DNA of 64,000 nucleotides from positions 1 to 64,000 of the forward strand of contig CAWDDT010000011.1 in assembly GCA_963801165.1 (NCBI GenBank), in the 5' to 3' direction. The notes below the pieces were generated by a model. The model was not told the DNA's origin and made no database searches. It saw only the letters and a list, made by a program, of their open reading frames with translations. This stretch comes from an uncultured bacterium (GTDB lineage: Bacteria > Actinomycetota > Acidimicrobiia > Spongiisociales > UBA5794). Below are positions 31,408 to 41,340 of the stretch, piece after piece. The stretch's first letter is position 1. The number at the start of each line of letters is the position of its first letter. The position numbers and the translations under genes are program-made.

Positions 31408-34311
31408 TCAGCCCGAGGTGCCGGCCTGCTCGGTGGCGATGATATCGCTGGCCCTCTGGATGTAACCCTGGGCCTCGGCAACCTTGCTGGCATAGGTTCC
31501 GAGATCGCCACTGCGGAGCGCGGCATCTGCCTCAGCCAGTGCTTGCTGGGCGGCGTCGACCAGCGACGCCACCTGCTCGGGCACCACCGTACCGGTGCCT
31601 GACGGCGGTTGCGATGTCTCCCCCGCCCCGAAGATGGCATCCAGAGCCTCACTCAAACTCTGCCGCATCTGGATGTCCCCGTTGTACGAAACCACCACCC
31701 GTTTGAATTCGGGGATCCCCGATATCTGCGTCTGGGTTGTACCGGTGCCGAAGCCCGTCGATGTCGAAGGAGTCGACGCGGTCGAGCCACCAGCGGAATC
31801 GGCCCGGATATAGATCGGCTGCACGTACAGGATGGACTGCTCGATCGGCAGGACGAGCATGCTGCCCTGGATGACACTTGACCCACCCTGCCCGAGAAGG
31901 GTGAATTCGGCAGAGATATCCGGGTTCTGATTGATGAGGTCCCCCACCTGTCCGGGGCCGTCGAGCTGGGTGGCCGCCGGCAAGCGGTACTCGATCATCT
32001 CCCCGTATTGGTCCGGATCGCTCTTGGCGATGAGGAACGAGACCATATTGGGTCGGTCCTTCGGAGTGAACGGCTGCATGATGATGAACGACAGGTTGTC
32101 CTCACCCGGGAGGCTCATCAGCAGGTAGTAGGGCAGCATCGGGCGGGCATCAGACGTACTCCGCAGCGTCGGGCGCTCCGCGTTCGACGGGTCCCGGGCG
32201 ATCTCCCACAGATCTACTTTGGAGTAGAACTGGCGCGGGTCGGTGATGTGGTACAGCGTGTACTGATCCGACTGGACCCGGAACAGATCCTCGGGGTAAC
32301 GCATGTGTGACCTGATGCCGGCGGGCATCTCGGATCCGTCGACAAAGACCCCCGGGAAGATCCTGCGCTGGGTTTCGATCAACGGATCGCTTGGGTCCAT
32401 AACGTAGAGGGTCACCGTGCCGTCAAAGGCATCGACGGTCGCTTTCACCGAGTTGCGTATGTAGTTGAAGCCGTTCGGCAGGTTCGCCGTCAGGTTGAGA
32501 CGGTCGGTCGGCGCCACCTCCGAGTACGGGTAGTTGCTGGTGACCGTGTACATGTCGGCCATCCATACGAGCCGCCCGTCATCGGTGAGTATCAGATACG
32601 GGTCGGAATCGGCATATAGGAACGGTGCGATCCGCTTGATCCTGCTGATGATGTTCCGCTCCATCAGCACCTTGCTATCCGAGGTGAGCTGGCCCGAGAT
32701 CAGCGTGTCGAGATCGGCGTAGCGAAGGGCAAAAGCCGCCCGACGGAAGATATTCCCAAGGGGCACACCGCCTGCGCCGTCATAGCTGTTGTAGACGACG
32801 TCCGAACCTTCCTCGCTGACCGGGTAGTCGACTTCCTCCTGGCGGCTCCCCACGATACTGAAAGCCCCGGAAGCCGAGTCGGAGAAGTAGATCCGGTTCT
32901 GCTCGGTCGCCAGATCCGGTGTCGAGCTGACCGGCGGGATGTCGCGCACCAGCAGCTGCGGCTGGCCCTCTGGCGTCACGCTGTTTGCAGGTGAGACAAC
33001 AGAGCCGAAACCGTGGGTGTATACGAGTTTCTCGTTCAACCAACCCCCTTGGGGGATATTCGCCTCGTCCAGCTCGCGCGCCGAGACCATGACCTGGGTC
33101 TGCTTGCCGTCGATGGTGTAGCGGTCGACATCGACGTCGGTGATGTCGTAGTAGGTCTTGATGTTCTGCAGCTGCTTGTACGTCGTTGCCAGCACCCCCG
33201 GGTCCCAAAGGCGAATGTTGTCGATGGTTGCCTGGTCGGCGTTGAGCTGATCTTTAGTGAGATCGCCTGACCCGGCAAAGGATGTGACTTGGACCCCGTC
33301 GAGCCCGTAGGCAGCCAGCGTCGATTCGATGTTGTACCCGAAGTACTCCGCTTCCTTGTTCTGCTCGTCGGGAATGACCGAGAAACGCTGCACCAGGGCC
33401 GGGTAGACGCCACCGACCAGGATCGACGTCCCCAGCCACAAGCTCACAGCCACGATCGGCAGCGTCCAACCCCGGAAGCGGAGGTTGAGCAAGAGGATGA
33501 TGGCGGCCACCAGTGAGATGGCTATCAACAGGTTGAGCGCAGGAAGCTGTGCGTTGACGTCGGTGTAGGAGGCGCCAAAGACGCGGCCTCGGTCGGAGAA
33601 CAGCAGTTCCCAGCGGTTCAGCATGTACCCGGCAGCCTTGAGTAGAGCCAGGCTGGCGAACAAGACCGATAGATGGACTTTGACTCCGGGCTCGACGCGA
33701 CGGTTGAAGGAGAACTCAACAGCACCGTTGAGGTAATGGATCGAGGCGCTGACCACAGCGATCACGAGAATCAGCTGGAAGAACCATCCAAAAAGGACGT
33801 TGTAGAACGGGAGCTTGAAGACATACAGCGACAGATCGTTGTGGAAGATCGGGTCCGAGGTGCCGAAGCTCGTGGCGTTGCGGAACTGCAGCCATTCCTT
33901 CCACCAGAACGAACCGCTCAGACCAAGCATGATCCCGAAGAAGGCGCTGATAGCCAGACGGACCCGGCCCACCCGCGGTTCGATCCACTCCTGGAAACGC
34001 GCCAGCAGCTCCTCTTCAGGTGTGCCCGATGGCAGACGGCGGCGCGGAGAAAGCCGGTCCACCAGCCATAGATTCCCCCAGAACAGCCCGAACGCGATCA
34101 ACGACGCGACCACCACCAAGCCGATCCGGGTGAACACGAGCGTACGCCACACACCGGCGTGACCGACCGATTGATACCAGAGGTAGTCTGTCCACAGCGT
34201 GGCGAGAAAGCGCCCGAATAGCAGAAAGGCGACGACGACGATGGCGATGATCGTCGGCCAGCGGCGGTCGGATCGAGAGCGGCGAATGGGGACTGGTTCT
34301 CTATTGATCAC
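31408..34311 (-). CDS. UPF0182 family membrane protein
   Basis: WTDYLWY, NIRLWDP, DVDRY, YTHGFG, NYIRNSVK, RYPEDLF. Confidence 0.93.
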   Translation of the reverse strand: MINREPVPIRRSRSDRRWPTIIAIVVVAFLLFGRFLATLWTDYLWYQSVGHAGVWRTLVFTRIGLVVVASLIAFGLFWGNLWLVDRLSPRRRLPSGTPEEELLARFQEWIEPRVGRVRLAISAFFGIMLGLSGSFWWKEWLQFRNATSFGTSDPIFHNDLSLYVFKLPFYNVLFGWFFQLILVIAVVSASIHYLNGAVEFSFNRRVEPGVKVHLSVLFASLALLKAAGYMLNRWELLFSDRGRVFGASYTDVNAQLPALNLLIAISLVAAIILLLNLRFRGWTLPIVAVSLWLGTSILVGGVYPALVQRFSVIPDEQNKEAEYFGYNIESTLAAYGLDGVQVTSFAGSGDLTKDQLNADQATIDNIRLWDPGVLATTYKQLQNIKTYYDITDVDVDRYTIDGKQTQVMVSARELDEANIPQGGWLNEKLVYTHGFGSVVSPANSVTPEGQPQLLVRDIPPVSSTPDLATEQNRIYFSDSASGAFSIVGSRQEEVDYPVSEEGSDVVYNSYDGAGGVPLGNIFRRAAFALRYADLDTLISGQLTSDSKVLMERNIISRIKRIAPFLYADSDPYLILTDDGRLVWMADMYTVTSNYPYSEVAPTDRLNLTANLPNGFNYIRNSVKATVDAFDGTVTLYVMDPSDPLIETQRRIFPGVFVDGSEMPAGIRSHMRYPEDLFRVQSDQYTLYHITDPRQFYSKVDLWEIARDPSNAERPTLRSTSDARPMLPYYLLMSLPGEDNLSFIIMQPFTPKDRPNMVSFLIAKSDPDQYGEMIEYRLPAATQLDGPGQVGDLINQNPDISAEFTLLGQGGSSVIQGSMLVLPIEQSILYVQPIYIRADSAGGSTASTPSTSTGFGTGTTQTQISGIPEFKRVVVSYNGDIQMRQSLSEALDAIFGAGETSQPPSGTGTVVPEQVASLVDAAQQALAEADAALRSGDLGTYASKVAEAQGYIQRASDIIATEQAGTSG

Positions 34312-34320
34312 GTGGTGATT

Positions 34321-36318
34321 CTATTGCTCGGACTCGGTATCGAAACCATCGGACCCTTTCGGGACCACCATGGCGGCACAATTGGGGCCCGCCGGTGGCA
34401 GTTCCACACCCGGTGGCAAGTCGCTTCCAGGAGGCCAGGATAACCCGGTGTCGGCGCCGCACCGGCCACACGGCCTGCCCGGGGCGACCAACTCGACCTC
34501 GGCGACGCCGAGACGGGCATACCCGGCCAGCAGACCGTCGTTGAACGCCCGACGCGCCGCGGTCCTCACGTTGCGTTCTGCCTCGTCCGTCCGCCAGCTC
34601 CGGAAGACACGGCTCACGTCGGAAGATAGCCGGCGCGCACCGATTTCGTCGCTACGACGGAGCACCTCTTGCACATCGGCATGCAGATCGCCCGCCATTA
34701 CTTCGGCAGCACCGCGATGGGGGCCACCGGTCAATTGCGGCTCGCCGGCACCCAGGGACTCGGCCGCGGCGATGTGCCCCGCGTGATAGCTGTCGGTTAG
34801 CAACACGTCGAGCTCATCGCCCATCAATTCGACGACCAACTCCCTGCCGAGACGGTACGCACCATCCGACATGCGTAGCTCCTCGAGAACCTGGTTCTGC
34901 AACTCGACGATCCGCCGTTTCAGGCCACGTAGCGCCGTGTTCTCTATGGGGAGAAGCAGCCGATCCCTGCGATCGAAGCCCCCACCGACGGCGAGATCGG
35001 GAACCGCCCGTAGCGGTGCGACCGGCTCCGGTTCCTGTTCATCATCCGGCTCGGGCTCGTCGCGACTCAACGGCTCGGCGCCCGCTCCGGGTGCAGGCCC
35101 GGAGCCGGGTGGCTGTCTGAGACGGGCGAACAGGGCGGCAATCGCCGGATCCTCATCGACGACGGTGACCTTGTCCCGGCCTGCCGGATCGGGTTCCGGC
35201 TCTGGTTGCGGTTCCGGCTCTGGTTCCGGTTCCGGCTCTGGTTCCGGTTCCGGCCCTGGTTCCGGTTCAGGCCCTGGTTCGGGCTCCGGCTCTGGCTCGG
35301 CCTCGGCATGAGGCTCGGGCTCAGAAGTCAACGCCGCCGCGGGCTGGGGGTCTGGTTTCAGCTCGGGCTCGAGCGGCGACTCCAGATCGAGAGCGAACTC
35401 GGGCGCGGGCTCACGAATCGACTCCGGTGCGGGCTCGGCGGGGCGCAGTGGCAGCGTGACGGCGGCGCGCATCTCCTCGACTTCGGCCGCCATCGCATCT
35501 GCATCGACGGTCGCCGCGGGTGAAGCGGCACGCCTCGCCGCCGGCAGGATCCGGATCGAGCCGTCGTCTTCGGGCCAATGGGCAGGCTTGTTGCCCTCGG
35601 AGCGCCGGGAGCCGCCGGAATTCTCACTCTTGGCCGCCTCGACCTCCCGGATTGCACTCTCGGCCGCGGCCAGCTCACTCATCAGCTCCGACCGCCTGTT
35701 CTCCAGCGCGCGGGCGCGCTCCTGCGCTTTCTCGGCGGATTGGCGGGCCGTCTCCAGCAGAGCCTCACTCTCGGCGCGAGCATGCACAACTATCCGCTCA
35801 CTCTGCTCTCGCGACGAGCGGACGACGTCATCGGCCTGCCGTCGGGCATCGGTCACCAGTCTCTTGGCGTCCTGCTCGGCTTCCGCTCGGACAAAGAGTG
35901 CATCGCTTCCGGCTTGCTCCAGCATCCCGTCTGCGGCCGCCTGCGCCTGCCTGAGCAACTCGGTACCAGACTCCCAGGCGTCGCCCCGCGCAGCGATACT
36001 CGCCTCGTCCGCACTCTGCAGGATCTCATCCGCATCGGCTCGAGCTCTGGAGCGCATGCCGTCCGCAGCATCCATGGCGGCTACCAGCACCGCCTTGATC
36101 TCGTCTCCGAGTTGGTCGATCTCGTTCTTGAAATGTGGGATGTCACCGATGCCGAACTGATCGAGCCGTTCCTCGATCGCAACCAGATCCCCTTCCAGGG
36201 ACTCGACCCGGTCGGCGACGCGTTCGAGAAAGCGCGCCACCTCAGAACGGTCATAGCCACGGCGCGACAAACCGAATTTGTGTGCTCGAATCTCGCCCGG
36301 ACTGAGGTCGTCGGTCAT
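34321..36318 (-). CDS. DivIVA-domain coiled-coil protein with Pro/Glu linker and Cys-containing C-terminal domain
   Basis: LSPGEI..F..RRGYD..EV..FL DivIVA motif, long Ala/Glu coiled coil, (EP)n tract; leaderless TATCGT-6nt-ATG. Confidence 0.8.
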   Translation of the reverse strand: MTDDLSPGEIRAHKFGLSRRGYDRSEVARFLERVADRVESLEGDLVAIEERLDQFGIGDIPHFKNEIDQLGDEIKAVLVAAMDAADGMRSRARADADEILQSADEASIAARGDAWESGTELLRQAQAAADGMLEQAGSDALFVRAEAEQDAKRLVTDARRQADDVVRSSREQSERIVVHARAESEALLETARQSAEKAQERARALENRRSELMSELAAAESAIREVEAAKSENSGGSRRSEGNKPAHWPEDDGSIRILPAARRAASPAATVDADAMAAEVEEMRAAVTLPLRPAEPAPESIREPAPEFALDLESPLEPELKPDPQPAAALTSEPEPHAEAEPEPEPEPGPEPEPGPEPEPEPEPEPEPEPQPEPEPDPAGRDKVTVVDEDPAIAALFARLRQPPGSGPAPGAGAEPLSRDEPEPDDEQEPEPVAPLRAVPDLAVGGGFDRRDRLLLPIENTALRGLKRRIVELQNQVLEELRMSDGAYRLGRELVVELMGDELDVLLTDSYHAGHIAAAESLGAGEPQLTGGPHRGAAEVMAGDLHADVQEVLRRSDEIGARRLSSDVSRVFRSWRTDEAERNVRTAARRAFNDGLLAGYARLGVAEVELVAPGRPCGRCGADTGLSWPPGSDLPPGVELPPAGPNCAAMVVPKGSDGFDTESEQ
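35190..35320. repeat. 6-bp-based coding repeat for (Glu-Pro)n
   Basis: ggttcc/ggctct iterations. Confidence 0.85.
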
Positions 36319-36586
36319 CAACGCACGATACCCCGCCGGTAACACCCAGAGGTGGATTCAATGGTCGGCGTAACAGGGGACTCCTCGTCCTGGCGCCTCA
36401 CGACGCAAATCCCCTCACCTGCCGTCGCCTGCGCTCGGCATCCTCGCCCGAGGGAAAGGCCATGTTTGGTCCCCTCCGCTCCAAAGGTCGGCCGGCCCGA
36501 GCCATTGGCTGGGTCGGCAGCCAAACTCAAACCTGAACCACGCCACCGCTGACGGGCTAGCTGAGTTTGGCGCAGCCAAACTCAAA

Positions 36587-36617
36587 CCTAATTGAAGCCC
36601 TTTGGGCTTCAATTAGG
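36587..36617 (-). terminator. Perfect hairpin overlapping the ylbL-like stop codon
   Basis: cctaattgaagccc-ttt-gggcttcaattagg. Confidence 0.75.
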
Positions 36618-37719
36618 CGGCGCCCAGGGAATCGAGAAATGTCATCGCATCCTGGATGTTGGCCACCTCGATGACTTTGATGTCGTCGCCTGCGGCGTCG
36701 ACCGCCTCCAGGTAGTTCTCCGACGGGGCGAGCAGGTACTCGGCGCCTGCGGCGATGGCCCCAAATGTCTTCTGGCGCATCCCCCCGATGGGCCCTACCA
36801 CACCGTCGGCGTTGATCGTGCCGGTGCCGGCGATGCGGTGGCCATGGGTGATGTCCTCGGCGGTGAGCTCGTCGATGATCTCCAGGGTGAACATGAGGCC
36901 CGCCGAGGGACCACCGATGTTGCGGCTGTCGATGTTGACGTCGACGGGGAAATCGATCTGAACGTCGGCGTTTTGCAGCATCACGCCGACCATGCCCCGG
37001 TTGGGATCGTCGAGCACATTGCCTTTCTCATCGACAAACTTGTACGGCCCCAGCACCAGCGGGATATCAAGCGTGTCGACCTTGTCGGGCTCCGTGCGTT
37101 GGATCGTCAACACAAGCTGGTCGCCGGGAGCTCGCCCGCTGATCATGTCGACGGCATCCTTGGCGAACTCGACCTTCTTTCCATCGACCGCGATTATGAC
37201 GTCGCCGTCCTGGAGCACTCCGTCGGCAGCAGAGTCGGCGATGGTCGAGTTCACGAGCGCACCGGATCCATGATATGTCACGTCGTACCCGAGATAGGTG
37301 AGCGCGACGTACTTGGCGTCCTGCTTGGACTGGTCCATCAGGTTGATGTTCTGCTGGCGCAGCTCCTCCTCGCTCACTCCGGCGGGACGGATGTTCTCAC
37401 GCGGGGCGAGGTCGACATGGCTGTCCAACTTGGCGGCCACCCATTCGACGACGTTGACCTCTTGCAGTGACACCGTGAGGAACATCAACTCGCCCTTGGT
37501 GGTCGTAGACGGGTTGGCGACCTGCACGTAGTCGCTGACGTCGGCCACCGGTCCAGGCGAGAGCGCGTAGTAGGGCATTGATATCGGAATGGCAACGGCA
37601 GCGAAGATGAAAGCGCCGACGAGCATCATGACCCCGGCGAGAATGAACGGCCAAACCGGGATCCGCCGGCGCGGCGGAGTTGCCGGAAGTGGGGAGTCTG
37701 GGAGTTCGAGATCGTCCAT
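36613..37719 (-). CDS. YlbL-family PDZ + Lon-like (S16) protease
   Basis: PGP, PDZ GDVIIAVDG, IGGPSAGLMFTL, IAGTGTI, IGGMRQK. Confidence 0.92.
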   Translation of the reverse strand: MDDLELPDSPLPATPPRRRIPVWPFILAGVMMLVGAFIFAAVAIPISMPYYALSPGPVADVSDYVQVANPSTTTKGELMFLTVSLQEVNVVEWVAAKLDSHVDLAPRENIRPAGVSEEELRQQNINLMDQSKQDAKYVALTYLGYDVTYHGSGALVNSTIADSAADGVLQDGDVIIAVDGKKVEFAKDAVDMISGRAPGDQLVLTIQRTEPDKVDTLDIPLVLGPYKFVDEKGNVLDDPNRGMVGVMLQNADVQIDFPVDVNIDSRNIGGPSAGLMFTLEIIDELTAEDITHGHRIAGTGTINADGVVGPIGGMRQKTFGAIAAGAEYLLAPSENYLEAVDAAGDDIKVIEVANIQDAMTFLDSLGAA

Positions 37720-37746
37720 CGACGCGATGGTAATGCCCGGTCCCCT

Positions 37747-39462
37747 CTAAAGAGCCGGCATGGTATCCGGGATCGGTCGAATGACCACCGTCGTGGGTAG
37801 AGCGGGCAGAGTCAGCTCGAAGATGGTCCAACCGTCGGCGCGCCGGTAGGTGAGGTCACCGCTCATCCTGCGGGCAAGACGCCGGGAGACATACAGACCG
37901 ACGCCCATGGAGTCGGGCTGACCGGCCTCACCACGGCTTCCGTACAGGGCAAAGGCGTCTGCAACCCGGTCCGGAGAGATGCCGGGCCCGTTATCGCGCA
38001 CGGTGACACGGGCGACCAGCCCCTCCCGGGCGATCGCCACCTCGACCACACTGCCAAAGTCCGTGGCATTCGCCAGGAGGTTCCGCAGTATCTGTCGCAC
38101 CAGAGCCGAATCCCCCGCCGCCATCACACCGGATTCGGAGCTCACGGCACCCACCGCGGCCCGACGCACAGGTTCGGCCGTATCCAATACCGCACGGGTC
38201 TCTGCTGCCAGGTCGACGCGGGCCGCGATGAACGGCGCCCTCTCCGACTCCCGCGTCACCGTCAACAGATTGTCGAAGAGGTGCCCGAGCTCGATCGCCT
38301 GAATCGCGATCGTCGAGACCAGCTCACGCCGGTCCGCATCGCTCAAGGAAGGGTCGATGTCGCGCAGCACCTCGCTGAACCCAACGACCGAGGTGAGCGG
38401 TGTCCGCAGCCTGTGACTGACGGCAGCCAGAAATTCGTCCTTCCCGGAGCTGATCGACTCGAGGACCTGCACCTCGCTGCGCGCTTCGATCGCTCCGACG
38501 ACCAGGTAGACGACCAGCCCGAGCAACCCGGTGATCGCCAGCCCGGCCGCCAGGCTGAGTATCGCCGGTGTCTGCAGCCACCGACTGCCGGCTCCTTGGT
38601 CTCGGACCGAGAGCAGCCAGGACCGCCCTCCGAAGTCCACCGTCCCCTCCCACACATCCCCGTCGTGCCGTGTCGGTACGGTCACACCCGTGGTGTCCGC
38701 GACGGACAGGTCGAGGCCGGCCGTCAACTCGGGGGCCGCGTTGCCCCCGATGAGCTCGGCTAGATCGACCGCCGCAACGACGAGCTCCTGAACCGCGCCA
38801 CTATCCGGATCCGCGATCGCCCTCGCCACCAGCACGTGGCCGACACCGCCGAGTGGATCCGGCAGAGCGTCGCCGACGAAACCGGTCATCGTGAAGCTCT
38901 GCGCCGGTAGACCGTCGATGAGCTGCCGGCGCAGGTCGGGGTCGGCGCCCAGGTCGAGGCCGATCACCTCCGCATCACCTGGCTCGAAGTAGACGATCGG
39001 GAAATACAGCTCCCGGGTGCCCGCGGGCACCACGTCGCCGCCGCCATCCATCTCTGTGAGGGTCAGGCCGGCCACGTCACTCTGCACGTAGGCGAGCCAG
39101 TCGTCGAGCCGCGCCCCCGATACGATCGGAACATATCCCATGCCGGCGAGACCGGGTATCACGCCGACTCCCTCGACAAAGGACCGGAACTCGGTCGGAG
39201 ACACCGACTCGTCGGCGCGAAAGAGACCCGCGGAGGCACTGAGCTGCGTCGACACCTTCTCGAGCATGTCACTCGTCTCGAACAGCAGAAGCTCACCCTT
39301 CTGGGTGAGATCGGCGCGATCGGTCCGTGACCCACCGTTGCCAGTCCACCAGGTCAGCATCCCCGTCACCGCCAATCCGACCAACACCGTGACAACGGCA
39401 GCAACAAGCGCGCGAACTCGGCGCGAACGCCTCCGGGGCGCGGGTAACCGATCGGGTGTCAT
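37747..39462 (-). CDS. CHASE-domain sensor histidine kinase
   Basis: TM-CHASE (YFPIVYFEP..IGLDL)-TM, AVSHRLRTPL, NLLANA, DNGPG, GVGL. Confidence 0.85.
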   Translation of the reverse strand: MTPDRLPAPRRRSRRVRALVAAVVTVLVGLAVTGMLTWWTGNGGSRTDRADLTQKGELLLFETSDMLEKVSTQLSASAGLFRADESVSPTEFRSFVEGVGVIPGLAGMGYVPIVSGARLDDWLAYVQSDVAGLTLTEMDGGGDVVPAGTRELYFPIVYFEPGDAEVIGLDLGADPDLRRQLIDGLPAQSFTMTGFVGDALPDPLGGVGHVLVARAIADPDSGAVQELVVAAVDLAELIGGNAAPELTAGLDLSVADTTGVTVPTRHDGDVWEGTVDFGGRSWLLSVRDQGAGSRWLQTPAILSLAAGLAITGLLGLVVYLVVGAIEARSEVQVLESISSGKDEFLAAVSHRLRTPLTSVVGFSEVLRDIDPSLSDADRRELVSTIAIQAIELGHLFDNLLTVTRESERAPFIAARVDLAAETRAVLDTAEPVRRAAVGAVSSESGVMAAGDSALVRQILRNLLANATDFGSVVEVAIAREGLVARVTVRDNGPGISPDRVADAFALYGSRGEAGQPDSMGVGLYVSRRLARRMSGDLTYRRADGWTIFELTLPALPTTVVIRPIPDTMPAL

Positions 39463-39553
39463 GAATGTCTATATCGGCACCGACCGTCGATTGCTTAGCC
39501 TCCTAGCCCGCCTCGGGTAGTGTCGGGGTCACATCCGGGAAGGGAGAGCCTGT

Positions 39554-40138
39554 ATGCAAACCGTTGTACCCACACGAGTGCTTGCCGGCGCCGTACTGCC
39601 GCAGCGACGTTTGGTCACCCTTGTTCTCGTTGGTGGATTCGCCCTACTCACCGCGCTCGCCGCTCAAATCCGCATCCCGCTTCCGTTCACCCCGGTGCCG
39701 ATAACCGGTCAGACGTTTGCGGTGCTACTGGCGGGGGCATCACTGGGATCAGGGGCCGGCGCAGCGAGCCAGGCTCTCTACGTCGCACTGGGTTTGGTCT
39801 TTCCTGTCTATGCCGGCGGCACCAGCGGGTGGGCACACGCGTCGGGCAGCACGGGAGGCTTCCTCATCGGGTTCGTCGCGGCCGCATGGATCGTCGGCAA
39901 ACTGGCGGAGAATCGGCAAGACCGTGCCGTGTCGACTGCAGTGCCCGCGTTTCTGACCGGCACCATCGTGATCTACCTATTCGGCCTCCCCTGGCTCGCC
40001 CACACCGTCGGCGTCTCCTGGGTCAGGGCCGCCGAGCTTGGTCTGGCGCCGTTCGTCCTGGGCGATCTGCTCAAGGCCGTACTAGCCGGTCTCGCCCTTC
40101 CCGCGGTGTGGCGCATCACATCCGACGCTCATAGCTAA
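39554..40138 (+). CDS. bioY: Biotin transporter BioY
   Basis: PFTPVPITGQT, TGGFLIGF, PFVLGDLLK. Confidence 0.93.
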   Translation: MQTVVPTRVLAGAVLPQRRLVTLVLVGGFALLTALAAQIRIPLPFTPVPITGQTFAVLLAGASLGSGAGAASQALYVALGLVFPVYAGGTSGWAHASGSTGGFLIGFVAAAWIVGKLAENRQDRAVSTAVPAFLTGTIVIYLFGLPWLAHTVGVSWVRAAELGLAPFVLGDLLKAVLAGLALPAVWRITSDAHS

Positions 40139-40194
40139 CACACTTCTTACAAACCGCTCTCATCAACCGAACACGCCCGTCGCATCGTGTCGGT

Positions 40195-40524
40195 ATGAAG
40201 AGCAGAACCGCAATCGGAACCGCGCTGGTCGGGCTGTTGTTATCCGCATGTAGCCCCGCCGGATCGAACCAGGGCACGCCATCGTCGGCACCCGTCCCGG
40301 TGTCGTCTCCGGTAACCACATCGAGACCTGTCACAACGGACGAGCAGGACGCACCGTCCGGCGAGTCCGCGACAACGTCGACCACCACCGCAACGGCCTC
40401 GCAGCCGGTGGCGGCCGACCTCGATCCGGACGAGCTCTCCAATGTGCTGGACGAGCTCGATCGGTCGCTCAACGACCTGCACCAGAGCCTCGACGACGAA
40501 GAAGGAGATCCACTCAATGAGTAG
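40195..40524 (+). CDS. Small hypothetical lipoprotein
   Basis: Lipobox LLSAC, Ser/Thr-rich linker, acidic amphipathic C-terminal helix. Confidence 0.7.
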   Translation: MKSRTAIGTALVGLLLSACSPAGSNQGTPSSAPVPVSSPVTTSRPVTTDEQDAPSGESATTSTTTATASQPVAADLDPDELSNVLDELDRSLNDLHQSLDDEEGDPLNE

Positions 40525-41281
40525 AACCAGACGAACCCTGATCGGATTGCTGGCCGCCGCCCTCATGGTCGGCGCCTTCCCGCTGACCGCCTCGGCCCAA
40601 TCCACAGATAACCCCACAACCAGCGCCACCGTCCGGGTCTCCGACGAAAACGTTGCCCGCGCTCTCGAGGCGGCCAAGGATCAGGTCCGGACCGCCGTAG
40701 ACAACCGGCTCGACGCTCTGGCACGGCTGGGCACCCGGGTCGGCAATGCCGACTACGTCAGCGGCGACCACGCAGCAGCGCTTCAGGCCGAATACAACGC
40801 GGCCACCGCGGTGCTGACCGACGGTCTCGACAGTGTCGATGCTGCGACCACGTTCGAGGAGTTGCGTGATGTCAGCCCCGCCATCTTCGAGGACACACTC
40901 GTATTTGCGCTGCTCGGCCCCAAGACACACACGGTGATCGCCGCCGACACCGTCGGCGGGGCGACGACCCGGTTCGACGAGTATGCGACCAGGTTGAAGG
41001 CAGCCCTCGACCAGTTGTCGGCGTCCGGTGTGGACACCACGGGTGCGCAGAACGACCTCGACACTGCCACCGGGCTGGTCGCCGATGCCGCGGCTGCCGC
41101 CGCCCCCGTCGCCGATTCGGTCATCGGCCTACAGCCGGCCGACGACATCAGAGGACCGCTCGAAAACGCCCTGGGCGTCCTCGGGATGAGCCGCCGCCAG
41201 CTCGACGATGCCCGCAAGCTGATGGTCGGTGTGACCGGGTTCATCCTCGACAACATCGCTTCCGGAACTTCCGGGGCCTGA
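40517..41281 (+). CDS. Hypothetical secreted helical protein
   Basis: SD GAAGGAG, signal peptide ending ASA-Q, Ala/Asp-rich helices; overlaps the lipoprotein stop. Confidence 0.72.
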   Translation: MSRTRRTLIGLLAAALMVGAFPLTASAQSTDNPTTSATVRVSDENVARALEAAKDQVRTAVDNRLDALARLGTRVGNADYVSGDHAAALQAEYNAATAVLTDGLDSVDAATTFEELRDVSPAIFEDTLVFALLGPKTHTVIAADTVGGATTRFDEYATRLKAALDQLSASGVDTTGAQNDLDTATGLVADAAAAAAPVADSVIGLQPADDIRGPLENALGVLGMSRRQLDDARKLMVGVTGFILDNIASGTSGA

Positions 41282-41302
41282 CCCTTCCGCGTCGATCAGG
41301 CT

Positions 41303-41336
41303 GAGTTCGGACTCGAATCTGCTCGGGTCCGAACTC
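41303..41336. terminator. Hairpin between convergent genes
   Basis: gagttcggactcga..tcgggtccgaactc. Confidence 0.65.
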
Positions 41337-41340
41337 GCTC

